Below, piece by piece: positions 20,572-31,100 of a stretch of DNA of 51,401 nt (the stretch's first letter is position 1; each line of letters opens with the position of its first letter). The DNA comes from Candidatus Omnitrophota bacterium. Its GTDB lineage: Bacteria; Omnitrophota; Gorgyraeia; Aquiviventales; Aquiviventaceae. The DNA is taken from positions 1 to 51,401 of the forward strand of contig JACQRB010000060.1 in NCBI GenBank assembly GCA_016206685.1, given 5' to 3'. The notes below the pieces were generated by a model that did no database searches, was not told where the DNA came from, and worked only from the letters and a program-made list of their open reading frames with translations. The translations under genes and the position numbers were made by a program.

Positions 20572-23265
20572 TTAGAACTTGCTCGAGTAGACGAGGCGCA
20601 CCAGATGCTGGGTATCAAGCGTGGGATAGGAGTCGCCGAACGGATCCACGCTGAACAGCGCCGGGGTGGGCCCCAGCGCCGCCTCGCCGAACTCGAGGTT
20701 CAAGTTGGAGTCGTCAGAAATTTTCCACGCCATCCGTCCATAGAGTCCGTGGTGGCTGCGGAAGTCCGCGCCCGCGCCGGCGTTCTCATTGGTCACGTCG
20801 ATCGCCCAACTGACCACATAGCGCCCGATGATGACCAGCCGTTTCATCGGAGACCACGCCGCCAAGAAACCCACGTGGTTGATGTTGTCATCAATCTGTC
20901 CGGCGTGCTCGAACTCGTTGCGGGTCCAATCCACCGCCAGCTCCAGGCGTTCCGCCGGCGCCGCATACACCCCGGCCCTGAAGACGTCGAAGAACGGATA
21001 CGGCGGCTGCGGGAAGAACCCCTGGCCGAACAGGAACGGGCTCTCGACGCGGATGACCTGCCCGTCCTCGGTGACGGTGGCAAAGCTGGAGCTGTTGAGC
21101 AGCCCGCGCGGAAAATTGCCCGTCGCCGCGGTCGTGTCGTTGGTCCGCTCCCACGTCCCCCACACGGCGAAGCGGTCGCCCGGGGCAAGCTCCGCGCCGA
21201 GGGAGTACGTCAGCAGCGAGGGATCCCGCCCATCCACAATCGCGGCGTTGGCCACCGGCGTGCCCGTATCGGCATCCACGATGAAGGGATCAATGCCGCC
21301 GACGGTCTTGGGCAGATCGTGATAGAGCAACAGGGTCTTCGCCGTCAGCCACGTCATGGGCTTGAGGGTGTTTTCCTGGCGCACCACGGTTTCCACGTAC
21401 GTGCCGTCGGTCCGATGGACGTTCCGGACGTCCACCGACGGCTCCCAGCGCGCCTCCCAGACCTTGCCGCCCAAGCGCACGCCCACGGCGTCGCGCCCCG
21501 CATCCACGCCGTTGCCGATGCGCACGGCGTCCAGGTCGCTCCAGGTGAAGGCGCCCGGCGGCGTGACCTCCTGCAACAGGCTCAACTTGCGCTTCAGATG
21601 CACGTGGCGTCCCCAGAACTGATCCGCTCGCGTATTGCGGTAATTCGCCAGGCCCGGGTCAAAGCCCTCATCCATATGGGTGTAGAACGCGCGGCTGGTG
21701 AGCCGCTCGCCGAACGACTTGATGGTCAGCGCGTTGTGCCACGCCCATCCCCGACGGTCGCTCTTGAAATTGCTCGTGAGATCCTGAACCGTCTTGGACA
21801 GGGCGCCCTCCCCTTCCCACGTGACTCCCTCCACCGGGCTCGCCCGCAGGTCCACGGCATAGACGTTGTTGGTGGCATCTTTGCGCCCGTCGTCATAGCC
21901 CCAGCGGGTCGTGTACACGCCGCCCGCGCTCAGGCGATCCTCAAACCACGTCTGCTTCACACGCGTCATGCCCAGGAAGCTGCTGAAGCGTCCGTAGTCC
22001 TGCCACAGGGTCTTGGGAGACGCCACCGCCCCCTGCACCGACGTGCCCTCGAACGGCTGCCATTGCAACGTGGTGCCGCGCAGGGCGGTCAGGCGGGTCA
22101 GGTCGCTGTCCCTGGTGAAGAACGACAGATCATCCGACCATTCCCCGCGGGTGAAATCCTGCGGCGTCGCGCCGGAATTGAGGCGTCCGGGCAGCCACTC
22201 ATCCAGCCACGGCGAGGGCTCCCAGTAGATATGGTGGTTGGACAGGTGCAAGGGGTCATCGGAGGTGAGCGTCTGGTCCTCGAGCGCCAGGGGAAAGACG
22301 CGGAAATCCACCACGTCGTTGTGATAGCCGGTCCAGAGCCAGCGGATGGGTTGGAACGTGTACTCGATCTCCGCGCTGGGAATGGCGAAGGTGTTGCCGA
22401 AGACGCTCGTCACCGACGTGGGGACGGTGCGCCCCTCGCTGACCTCGATCTCTGGCGTGGCAAATGAATCCCCATTGTTCAAGGTGAAGAAGGTTTCGTT
22501 GATCGCCGTGTTGGTCGGGCTCCACCATTTCAACTCCACCTCGACGCTGTCTGTCGGGGTGCTCCCGACCACGGTGATGGGATTGGTCCTGCCCACGAAG
22601 CTCCAGGGATCCACGGTGAGGTTTGAGTGGAGCTGCCACGGAGTCGTGTCGTTGCTATCCACGTTCACGCGCAGGCGGCTGAACACGCGCGGGTCAAACG
22701 TGTTGTACCGGAAAGGCCCGGAGAAGATGCGGAAGTTGCGTTCGTTCAGATCGCCATTGGCTTCCTGCAGGACGAGGTCATCCCGCCTCACCCCAATGGT
22801 CGAGCGCATCTCCCCGCTGACGGCCAGTGGCGCGATCCGTTCATTCAGCCGACGGATCGGTCCGTAGCCACCGCTCACAGCGGCCTCTCCCGGAGGTTGG
22901 CTCGTGGGCGAGGGCATCAGAGCGCCTGAGAGCGCCTGTTGGATCGCCGCCTCACGGGTGTGCGCCGGCATCGTCGCGAGGCGGGTCAGCGTGTCCTCCA
23001 TCGCGCGGCCCCGCAGCGCCTGGCGTTTCTGCTCAAGGAGGGCGACCTGGAGTTGCGCCTGCCGGTGGGTAGGCTCGAGGAGCAGGAGCTTGTGCAGCTC
23101 GTGGATGGCGTCGGCGTCTCGACCGGTCTTGAGATATTCCTGCGCCAGCTGGTAGAGAAACTCCGCAGGGTGAGTCGGCGAAGCGAGCACGCCGCCGGCA
23201 AGATTCGACCACACCACCATCCCCGCCGTGAGGGAGGTGCACCAGGACGGTCGCGCCATCCTCAT
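20572..23265 (-). CDS. large outer-membrane beta-barrel-like protein with an N-terminal TPR-like helix pair
   Basis: About 897 aa with a signal-like N-terminus. The body is rich in alternating aromatic/Gly/Asp/Asn/Thr segments, and the C-terminus ends ...LVRLVYSSKF (terminal Phe, typical OMP beta-signal). Start is ATG 23265 or 23259; the ORF track uses the TTG at 23280. Confidence 0.6.
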   Translation of the reverse strand: MRMARPSWCTSLTAGMVVWSNLAGGVLASPTHPAEFLYQLAQEYLKTGRDADAIHELHKLLLLEPTHRQAQLQVALLEQKRQALRGRAMEDTLTRLATMPAHTREAAIQQALSGALMPSPTSQPPGEAAVSGGYGPIRRLNERIAPLAVSGEMRSTIGVRRDDLVLQEANGDLNERNFRIFSGPFRYNTFDPRVFSRLRVNVDSNDTTPWQLHSNLTVDPWSFVGRTNPITVVGSTPTDSVEVELKWWSPTNTAINETFFTLNNGDSFATPEIEVSEGRTVPTSVTSVFGNTFAIPSAEIEYTFQPIRWLWTGYHNDVVDFRVFPLALEDQTLTSDDPLHLSNHHIYWEPSPWLDEWLPGRLNSGATPQDFTRGEWSDDLSFFTRDSDLTRLTALRGTTLQWQPFEGTSVQGAVASPKTLWQDYGRFSSFLGMTRVKQTWFEDRLSAGGVYTTRWGYDDGRKDATNNVYAVDLRASPVEGVTWEGEGALSKTVQDLTSNFKSDRRGWAWHNALTIKSFGERLTSRAFYTHMDEGFDPGLANYRNTRADQFWGRHVHLKRKLSLLQEVTPPGAFTWSDLDAVRIGNGVDAGRDAVGVRLGGKVWEARWEPSVDVRNVHRTDGTYVETVVRQENTLKPMTWLTAKTLLLYHDLPKTVGGIDPFIVDADTGTPVANAAIVDGRDPSLLTYSLGAELAPGDRFAVWGTWERTNDTTAATGNFPRGLLNSSSFATVTEDGQVIRVESPFLFGQGFFPQPPYPFFDVFRAGVYAAPAERLELAVDWTRNEFEHAGQIDDNINHVGFLAAWSPMKRLVIIGRYVVSWAIDVTNENAGAGADFRSHHGLYGRMAWKISDDSNLNLEFGEAALGPTPALFSVDPFGDSYPTLDTQHLVRLVYSSKF

Positions 23266-23276
23266 GGGCTGATGGC

Positions 23277-24566
23277 TCAACTCCCGCTTAACGCCAAGAT
23301 CTTGTTGAGCCGGTCACGCGCTCCCACAGCCACTTTCCAGAACCAGCCTCGGGCGTCCCAGCATTGGGCGTACCCGAAATCGTTGATGACGCGCTCAAAC
23401 GCGGCCCGGGCTTCCTGGTAGCGCTTCTGCGCGATGAGGGACTCCCCCAGCACGAAGTAGCAGGTCGCCACGTCGTTGAGCGCCCAGTGCTCAAAGACCT
23501 TCTCCTTGGGAGGAAAACCGCTCAGCGACGCCTGTTGCCGCTTGGCATCGGCCTCATACAGCTCGATGCATTTCTTGACGTAGAGCTCCACGCCCCGATG
23601 GTCGCTCTTGTCGAGCGCCCCCCAGGCTTTCTTGACGAGGGTCTCCGACTTGTAGTCGCCGAAGTCGTAGGGCGTGCCGATGGTGCTGAGCTTGTCGCTC
23701 GCGGCGTCCGCGACGCGCCAGAACCAGCCTTGCGGGTCCCACGCCTGGGCGAACGGGAACTGCTCGATCACCCCTTGAAACGCCTGTTGCGCGTCCTGGA
23801 TCTTCCCCTGCGCCAGGAGGGACTGCCCCCGGATGAAGTAGGCGGTCCCCACGTCGTTGAGCGCCCACAACTTCGGGGCGTCCTCTGCCGAGGCGAAGGC
23901 CTTCAACTCGGCTTGCTGTTGCGTGGCTTGCGCGTGGTAGAGCTCGATGCACTTCTTGGCGTAGAGCTCGACCGCCCGGTGGTCACCCTGGGTCAGCGCC
24001 TCCCAGGCGTTCGTCGTCAGCGTCGAGGATTTATAGTCGCCGAAGTCCACGCCGGTGCCCGCGGTGTCGAGCCTGTCCTGAGCCGCCTGGGCGACCTTCC
24101 AGTACCAGCCCTGCGGGTCCCACGCTTGCGCGTAGGGGAAGCGCTCAATCACCGTCTTGAGCGCGGCGTCCGCCTCCGACGCCTTGCCCTGCGCCGACAG
24201 GGACTGTCCGTGGATCAGGTAGCAGGTCGCCACGTCGTTGAGCGCCCAGTAGCCGGCGGCTTGGTCCTTCGGCGCAAATGCCGTCAGGCCGGAGGCCTGC
24301 TGGACCGCCTTGGCTTCATAGAGCTGGATGCACTTCTTCGTGTACGCCTCCACCGCCGCATGGTCGCCGCCCTTGAGCGCATCCCAGGCTTTACGGGTCA
24401 GCGTCTCAGAGGTCAGATTGCCGAAGTCATACTGCGGCTGACCGGTCTGCGCGACGCTTGCAGGCGCCGTCGGCGCGCTCGACGTCCCCGCTTCCGCTCC
24501 GGCGACGCTGCCCGCCATCGCACTGACCACGACCCAACTCCCCACCGTCCACAGGTATCGTCTCAT
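23277..24566 (-). CDS. secreted protein made of three ~126-aa helical (TPR-like) repeats
   Basis: Signal peptide MRRYLWTVGSWVVVSAMAGSVAGA. Contains three tandem units of the form YDFGDYKSxTL...WALNDVATCYF...AQAWDPQGWFWKVA. The ATG at 24566 is preceded by GGAAGGAGGGAG. Confidence 0.7.
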   Translation of the reverse strand: MRRYLWTVGSWVVVSAMAGSVAGAEAGTSSAPTAPASVAQTGQPQYDFGNLTSETLTRKAWDALKGGDHAAVEAYTKKCIQLYEAKAVQQASGLTAFAPKDQAAGYWALNDVATCYLIHGQSLSAQGKASEADAALKTVIERFPYAQAWDPQGWYWKVAQAAQDRLDTAGTGVDFGDYKSSTLTTNAWEALTQGDHRAVELYAKKCIELYHAQATQQQAELKAFASAEDAPKLWALNDVGTAYFIRGQSLLAQGKIQDAQQAFQGVIEQFPFAQAWDPQGWFWRVADAASDKLSTIGTPYDFGDYKSETLVKKAWGALDKSDHRGVELYVKKCIELYEADAKRQQASLSGFPPKEKVFEHWALNDVATCYFVLGESLIAQKRYQEARAAFERVINDFGYAQCWDARGWFWKVAVGARDRLNKILALSGS

Positions 24567-24588
24567 CGCACTCCCTCCTTCCATTGCG

Positions 24589-25470
24589 TCATCCTTTCAA
24601 CGCGCCGGCGGTGATCCCCTGGATGATGTAGCGTTGCATCACCAGGTAGATCACGACCACCGGCAGGATGGTGATCACCATCCCCGCCATCAACAGCGAA
24701 TAATCCGTCAGGTGCGCCCCCTGAAAGGCCAACAGCCCCCGTTGGAGCGGCATCAGTTCATGCCGCGAAAACACCAGGTACGCCAAGAGGAATTCATTCC
24801 ACGCCGCCAGGGTGGTGCTCAACGCCACGACGGCCAGCGCCGGCTTCGCCAGCGGTAGCATAATATGCCAGAATACCCCCAAGACCCCGCTGCCGTCAAC
24901 CTTCGCCGACTCCTCCAGCTCCTTCGGGATGGCGTCGAAGAACGGCTTCATGATGAAGATCCCAAACGGCAGCCCGCCGTTGATCTGCGGCAAGATGTAG
25001 CCCAGCCGTGGCAGGAATTCGCCCGCTCCTTGGTCAATCAGCCCAAACTGTGTCAGCAGGATGTAGAGCGCGACGAACGCCCCGGGGATGGGCACGAGCA
25101 TCGTCGAGAGCAGCAGCTTGTGCAGGAATCCGGACCCGCGAAAGGCGAACCGCGAAAACGCATACGCCGCCAACGACGAGAGGATCAGCACCCCCAGGAC
25201 GGTCATGAACGTGTACCCCAGCGAATTGAGGAAGTACATGCCGAAGCGCCCCTTCGTCCACGCCAGGAGGTAGTTCCCCACGTGCGCCGGCACCGGCACG
25301 GGCGAGAAGTCCGTGAAGACGGTTTGCTGGGTCTTGAGGCTGGACGACACCATCCACCCCAGCGGGAACAGGCAACTGATCGCCACCGGCAGGCACAGCG
25401 TGTGCGACGCCGCATGGACGGCGAAACGGCGAAGCCGCTGCTTCAGGAGCATCCGTTGCGCCCTGGTCAT
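24589..25470 (-). CDS. carbohydrate ABC transporter permease (MalG/UgpE-like)
   Basis: Six-TM permease with the EAA loop LEESAKVDGSGVLGVFWHIMLPL. The ATG at 25470 overlaps the upstream stop (ATGA). The longer ORF-track N-terminus is shadow sequence. Confidence 0.9.
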   Translation of the reverse strand: MTRAQRMLLKQRLRRFAVHAASHTLCLPVAISCLFPLGWMVSSSLKTQQTVFTDFSPVPVPAHVGNYLLAWTKGRFGMYFLNSLGYTFMTVLGVLILSSLAAYAFSRFAFRGSGFLHKLLLSTMLVPIPGAFVALYILLTQFGLIDQGAGEFLPRLGYILPQINGGLPFGIFIMKPFFDAIPKELEESAKVDGSGVLGVFWHIMLPLAKPALAVVALSTTLAAWNEFLLAYLVFSRHELMPLQRGLLAFQGAHLTDYSLLMAGMVITILPVVVIYLVMQRYIIQGITAGALKG

Positions 25471-26354
25471 GCGGTCGCTCGATTCATTCCTCTTGACAAG
25501 CGCATCTGCAACAACGAGACGGCCAACAGGATGAGCCCGAACACGATGCCCTGCGCGCAGGCGTAGCCCAGCCTGGAGGAGCCCAGCAGGCTCGCCATGA
25601 TCCGGGTGATCGGCACCTCGGTGTGGAAGGCGGGCCCGCCCTGCGTCGTCGCCATGATCAGCGCGAAGATCTGCATCGTGCCTAAGATCGTGAGCACCGA
25701 GACCACCACGCCCACCGGCATCAGCAGCGGCAGGGTGATGTGGCGGAAGCGCAGCCAGGCGTTCGCCCCATCCACCGTCGCGGCTTCGTAGAGCTCCTGC
25801 GGGATGGTCTGCAGACCCGCCAGGAAGATCACGAACCCCCAGCCGAATCCCTTCCACATATGGATCACCGCCACCGCGGTGATCGCCGTCTTGGGATCCG
25901 CCAGCCAGCTCCGGGCAAACTGGCCAAGGCCCAGCGCCTTAAGGCACTCGTTGAAAATCCCGTAGTTGCCGTCGTAGATCCACGCCCAGATCAACCCGAC
26001 GACGATTTCGGAGAGGATCGGCGGGAGGAAGAACAGCGTCCGGTAGAACGTCCCGAAGCGGATGCGCCGGTTCACCGTCAACGCCAGGATCAGCGCCAGC
26101 GAATTCTGAAAGGCCAGCGCCATCGCGGTGATCGTGCCGGCCTGCCAGAACGAGCGCCAGAACACCGCATCGTGCATGACGACCGACCAGTAGTTGCCCA
26201 AGCCCACGAACTGCTTGATGGGGCTGACGCCGTCCCATTCGAACAAACTGAGGTACGTCAGGAGGGAAAACGAATACACGCTGAAGACCGAGAAGAGGAC
26301 GAGCGCCGGGATGATGAACAGATAGGGAACCACAGACTGCTTTCTCAGCGCCAT
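25467..26354 (-). CDS. carbohydrate ABC transporter permease (MalF/UgpA-like)
   Basis: EAA loop LYEAATVDGANAWLRFRHITLPLL. The ATG at 26354 (MALRKQSVVPYLFIIPAL) lies 5 nt after the binding-protein stop. Confidence 0.9.
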   Translation of the reverse strand: MALRKQSVVPYLFIIPALVLFSVFSVYSFSLLTYLSLFEWDGVSPIKQFVGLGNYWSVVMHDAVFWRSFWQAGTITAMALAFQNSLALILALTVNRRIRFGTFYRTLFFLPPILSEIVVGLIWAWIYDGNYGIFNECLKALGLGQFARSWLADPKTAITAVAVIHMWKGFGWGFVIFLAGLQTIPQELYEAATVDGANAWLRFRHITLPLLMPVGVVVSVLTILGTMQIFALIMATTQGGPAFHTEVPITRIMASLLGSSRLGYACAQGIVFGLILLAVSLLQMRLSRGMNRATA

Positions 26355-26358
26355 CACG

Positions 26359-27690
26359 TTAGGGGCGACGGGCTGTGGACGACGCGAGGGAGGTTTGCCT
26401 GGCTTCTTCGCGCTGCTTGACGTCCTGCACCGCCTGCGCCACCTGCAGCGGACTCTCCTCCCCGATGAGGATGGATTGGATGCCTTTGTCAAACGCCTCG
26501 ATCACCGTCGAGCGCTCCTGCACGTCGAAGAGCCTGGGGTGCGCGACGGCGTGCATGTCATCCGCAAACGCGGCGAGCGCCGGCGGCAGGTCGGCCGCCG
26601 CAAGCTCGTTGGCGGGAATGTTGTGGGTCGCCTCCAGGAGGAAACGCTGCTGCGGCTGTGCGGTGAGCCACTGCAAAAACGCGACCGCCGCCTCCTGCTT
26701 GGGGGACTTGGCGTTCACCATGAAGCTGGAGCCCGCCCCGCCCCAGGTCACCATCGTGCGGTCCTTGCGGAGGGGGGGCGGCATCATCACCCCGTAGTCG
26801 AGGTCCGGGTTCATCCCCTGATAGACGTTGACCCCCCAGGTCCCGTTGAAGGCGAACACCGCGCGCCCGTTGGCGAAGAGCTGCTCCGCGCGCTTGTTGA
26901 CCATCGTCACGACGCCCTCAGCCGGCAACCCGCTCGCGCGCAGCTGCTCAAAGACGCCCAGCACCTCCAGCCACCGCGGGTCGGTGTACGGGATTTTCCC
27001 TTTAAAGGTCGCCTCCACCTGCTTCTGTCCCATGACATGGATGGCGTAGTCCGTCGCGAAACAGTCAATGAGCCACAGCTCCGCCCACCCGCTCACAAAC
27101 CCCAGCACCCCGTGTTGCTTGGCGAGTGCGCCCACCCCCAAGAACTCCTCCCAGGTTGCGGGCGGATGCTCCGGGTCCAGTCCGAGCTCCTTCAGGAGCC
27201 GCTTGTTGTAAAACATCTGGATGTTCATGACGTCAAGGGGCACGCCATACATCCCCGGGGGCACGCCGTAGGGGTTGTGGTGATCGAAGGTGTTCATGGC
27301 GAGCGCGATTGGGAAGAACGTGCTGCGCCAGGAGGCGCCTCGGGGGGTCACGGGCTTCGCCATCGCGGCATCCAGCGTCAGGAGGTGCCCGGCCCGGATG
27401 AAGCTGGCGAAATCGCGCATCTCGCCCAGCACCCCGAAGATGTCCGGTAACCCGTTGGTCTGCGCGGCGGCGCGCACTTTCTGGATGTACAGGTCGGAGG
27501 GCGCGTAGAGCTCAAACCGCACCGGGATGCCCTGCTGCTGGGTGTAACGCTTGGCCAATTCCGTAAAGGCCTCTTCCCGATCGGTCATCCAGTGCCAGAT
27601 GCGAAGCGGCCGGTCCGTCGCTGAGCGGTTGGCGCGGCCGCATCCCCCAAGCCCGACGAGCACCGCAACCAGCACCGCCGCGCGTCGCAT
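26359..27690 (-). CDS. ABC transporter extracellular solute-binding lipoprotein (family 1, sugar)
   Basis: Lipobox LVGLGGC near the N-terminus. About 440 aa with a family-1 SBP look. Directly upstream of the two permeases. Confidence 0.88.
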   Translation of the reverse strand: MRRAAVLVAVLVGLGGCGRANRSATDRPLRIWHWMTDREEAFTELAKRYTQQQGIPVRFELYAPSDLYIQKVRAAAQTNGLPDIFGVLGEMRDFASFIRAGHLLTLDAAMAKPVTPRGASWRSTFFPIALAMNTFDHHNPYGVPPGMYGVPLDVMNIQMFYNKRLLKELGLDPEHPPATWEEFLGVGALAKQHGVLGFVSGWAELWLIDCFATDYAIHVMGQKQVEATFKGKIPYTDPRWLEVLGVFEQLRASGLPAEGVVTMVNKRAEQLFANGRAVFAFNGTWGVNVYQGMNPDLDYGVMMPPPLRKDRTMVTWGGAGSSFMVNAKSPKQEAAVAFLQWLTAQPQQRFLLEATHNIPANELAAADLPPALAAFADDMHAVAHPRLFDVQERSTVIEAFDKGIQSILIGEESPLQVAQAVQDVKQREEARQTSLASSTARRP

Positions 27691-27696
27691 CGAGCG

Positions 27697-28077
27697 TCAA
27701 TACTCGATGGTGCCCAGCGCTGCGATATCCGGACTGAACGCCACGGCCAGCCCCAGTAGCGCGTCCTCGGCCTGGCGCTCTCCCTCGCGCCGCCCCACCG
27801 GCAACGGCTCCAGGCGCGTCACCCAGCCCTTCCCCAGCACCCGGGTAAATGGGAACAGCCGCGCCTGCTCAGGCGGAATCGCGATCGAGCAGATCACCGC
27901 GTCCCCGAGCTTCAGGACACACGGGGTCTGCGTATAACAAAAGACGCCGGCGAGGCTGAGGTCTTTCACCTGCCCCGTCACCGGCTCAGCAGACGCGTCC
28001 TGGGTGACCGGCCGGATGGCCACCGGCACATCCAGCTCAGCCCGTCGGAATCGCCGCCGTTCCATCGCCGTTTTCAT
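27697..28077 (-). CDS. stand-alone PilZ-domain protein (putative c-di-GMP receptor)
   Basis: 126 aa with the RxxxR motif (RRRFRRAE) and D-x-S-x-x-G (VKDLSLAGVF) at PilZ-typical spacing. Confidence 0.75.
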   Translation of the reverse strand: MKTAMERRRFRRAELDVPVAIRPVTQDASAEPVTGQVKDLSLAGVFCYTQTPCVLKLGDAVICSIAIPPEQARLFPFTRVLGKGWVTRLEPLPVGRREGERQAEDALLGLAVAFSPDIAALGTIEY

Positions 28078-28119
28078 GAACTCACCCGCTCCGTCTCACG
28101 CAACCTTAAATCTTCCAGT

Positions 28120-28148
28120 ATCCTAACAACTTTAAAGAAGTCTTGCAA
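28120..28148 (-). promoter_or_regulatory. candidate sigma70-type promoter for pilZ and the ABC genes
   Basis: Minus strand reads TTGCAA (28148-28143), 17 nt, TAGGAT (28125-28120), in the A/T-richer 87-nt spacer after the giant gene stop. Confidence 0.3.
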
Positions 28149-28164
28149 CTTTGCGAACGGTGGG

Positions 28165-31100
28165 TTACGCCTGGCTCAGCACGGCTTCCTGGTCGCGGAT
28201 CACGGCTTCGGCGGCTGGGGAGATCGCCAGCTCCGGGATGGTAAAGACCCCGGTGCCGTCTGACACCAGATCAAACTTGGCCCGCACGCGCTCGCTGAAC
28301 TGATCCCCTGCTACCGCGGCTTCCGCCGCCGCCATGATCACGTTCCAATCCAGCACGGCGTGGTCTGACGCCGCGCCCGGTCGCAAGGCGAACGCCGCCA
28401 CCTGCTGTCGCGAACGCTGCTCCAGCGCCAACTTCATGTCGCGCGCCCAGTCTTCAGGACCCACCACGAGTGCCACCTGCGCGCCCGGCACGCCCAGGTG
28501 CTCCAGCCGCCCCGGCAGGCTCCTGAGCAGCCCCTCCACACCATCCGCCTCATCCACCCGGAGGAATTGCAGCGACCCTTTCCAGTCCTCCAGCCCCTGA
28601 ATGCCGGCGGTGCGCAGCGCCTCTTGCAGCACGAGTTGCAGGTCGCGCTCAAGTTCCTGCAACGCGATCGCCAGCGGCACTCCGCGCTCCTTCAGTGCCG
28701 CCTCATGAACGATCACGACGCGTGGGTGGTCCATGTCCACCATGGCTTCCGCCTGCTCCGGGGTGGCGAGCGTATTCTCAAACAGCCCTGACAGGGCAGG
28801 ATCGCGCGCCAATGTCGCCTGCGCGATGAGCCGCTCATCCGCCACCGGCGCCACCGCCCCCGGCTGGGCGCGGCTGCTCAGGAATGCCGCCTCGAGCGCC
28901 TCCGCATAGTCCACGATGGCGCCAAGCGCGCCACGCAAGCGGCTCAATACGCTCTCAACCCGTCCCTGCAATTCTTCCGGGATGTCGCTCCGCTCAATCG
29001 CGGCTGTAACCTCACCCACCACCTCGGTCCATTGTCGCTCGAACTCGCCGGCTCGCTGCGTTTCTTGAGCCAGCGCGTTGCGCTCGCCAACTGGCGGGAT
29101 CGGCTGCGACGCGAACCAGTTCATGGTGTCCATCATGAGGCGATCGTGCTGCTGGGCGATGCGCTCATCAATGACTTCAATCATCTCTCTCGGCGCTTCC
29201 TCGAGTCGCAGGAACGCCTGCATTAGAAGATCGCGCCGCTCCTGGAGGCTCAGCTCCACGCCGCCGCGAGGCGCCTTCTTCGAGGGCGCGGGGCTATGCA
29301 TGGCGAGGATGGCAACGAGGTTCGCATCCACCCATCTGGGCGGCGTAGGTCCCTCGAGGCGACCTGTCATCTCATACTCGCCATTGGACAGACGTGAGAA
29401 CCGGGCTCGAGCGATGGAAAGCACGCTGCCCCGCTCGCTTAAGCCGACGATCTCCTCTGGCCACGCCACCCCGACGCTGAGCACCCGAATCGTTTCTCGC
29501 CCAATCGAGGCGTATCGAAATCGTCCACCCCGCACCAACGCCTCAAGGCGCGCCTCGATGCCCGCGTCGTCTTCTGCTGCCTTCGTCACCGGCGCCCCGC
29601 CGCGGAGCCCGCCCGCCCGCAGCGCGGCGAGCGTGCTGCCAAGATAGGGAACGATCTGCTCTTCGAAATTGTGTTGCCGAAGCAGCCCCCTAGCAAATGC
29701 GTCTCGTTTCTCCGGCGGAATGTTGAACTCTTCGGCGAGCGCCAACGCCTGAAGACTGCGGGATTCCAGGAGGCGTCCCCCCACATCACCTGTGACCTCC
29801 TCCGGCTTCATATCTAGCGCCTCGGCGATGGCACGCTTGGCCCGCGCCGTGATCTCCTCGAGCGTCAGCAACGCGGCGGCGGCCTCGGCTTCAATCAGCT
29901 TCGCGCCCACGACATACACAGCATCGACGACGCGGGCCGAATAGCCCCATTCATTGTCGTACCAGAAGAGCTGACGAACGAGATAGCGGTTCCCTCCGAG
30001 TGGCGTCACCTGCGTCCCCTCCTCGAGCAGAATCGAGGATTCCGAACGTCCCACGATCTGCTGCGAGCCAACCAAACCGGCTTCGACGGCGAGAATGCCT
30101 TGCAGCTGATCGGTGGCGGCCAGTTTGCGAAAATGCTCGTTGACCCCTTCAGCAGTCAACGGCATCCTTTCTGGGACCTCGACAATATTTGTGACCACAG
30201 AAATTGAGCCGGTGCCCGTGGGAACGCGCAGCGCCGTTCCGGATAGTTTGCCCGCAAGATCCGGCAGGATCGGCACGGTCGCCCGGTCCGCGCCGGTCTC
30301 GGTGAGGACCATGTTACGCGGAGCTGCTCGCCCCCGTTCCCGCCGCCTGTCGAAGCCATCGGTCAGGCGTTGCGTCCCGGTCACCGCGTGGGTGGTGCCC
30401 AAGACCCCTGCGAGCACACGGTATGGTCCCTGCTTGGCGATGGACATCGGAGGGGCATAGCTATTCGTCGTGCACGAGGCGCAATCGATCACTTCGGCAT
30501 CAGCCGGAAGCTGGTCCTCGTTGACGCCAAGGAGCAGCGAGAAGTCCGCCTTGTGCTCGTCGGCTTTCTTCGCGTCGCTCGGATTCGTCAAGATGACCCT
30601 TTTCGCGCCGGCTTCAAGATGACCGGCCAGGGCCTCCTTCGAGACAAATTCTCCCGTGGCATCCACCGCAATATCCACCTCGTGCCGGACCCACGGGAGG
30701 CCCTTAAGAATCCGCTGGCTATAGACCCAAATTCGCTGACCCTGGATTTCCAGCCAATCTCCGGTCTCATCTTTGCCCAGCTCTATAGGAAGGGAAAATT
30801 CGCCATGCTCAGTATCATGCTGCAGGGCGTACTTCAAGTACTCGGCAGACCGAGCGTTCACGGCCACAACTTGGATCTGATCAGGCCGATGATGCAGCAG
30901 GAGCTGACGCAAAATCGTCAATCCCGTGCGTCCGCCCGCCCCGTTGATCGCGACGCGAATCGGGCGCTTCAGGTGCAGGCCATCAGCGAATTTGCTCGGT
31001 TCCATCAACGAGCCTCTGACAACGCCGCTCTCGCCGCTATCATAGAAGACTTTCAGGTCGATGAGGCTGCCAAGACCGTCCACTTCCTTCACGACCAGGG

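Noticed and set aside
25471-25857. N-terminal extensions of the two ABC permease ORFs (also 26355-26492).
   Set aside because: The extensions overlap the upstream genes and are Arg/Gly/His-rich. Internal ATGs at 25470 and 26354 give canonical permease N-termini and operon-style junctions.
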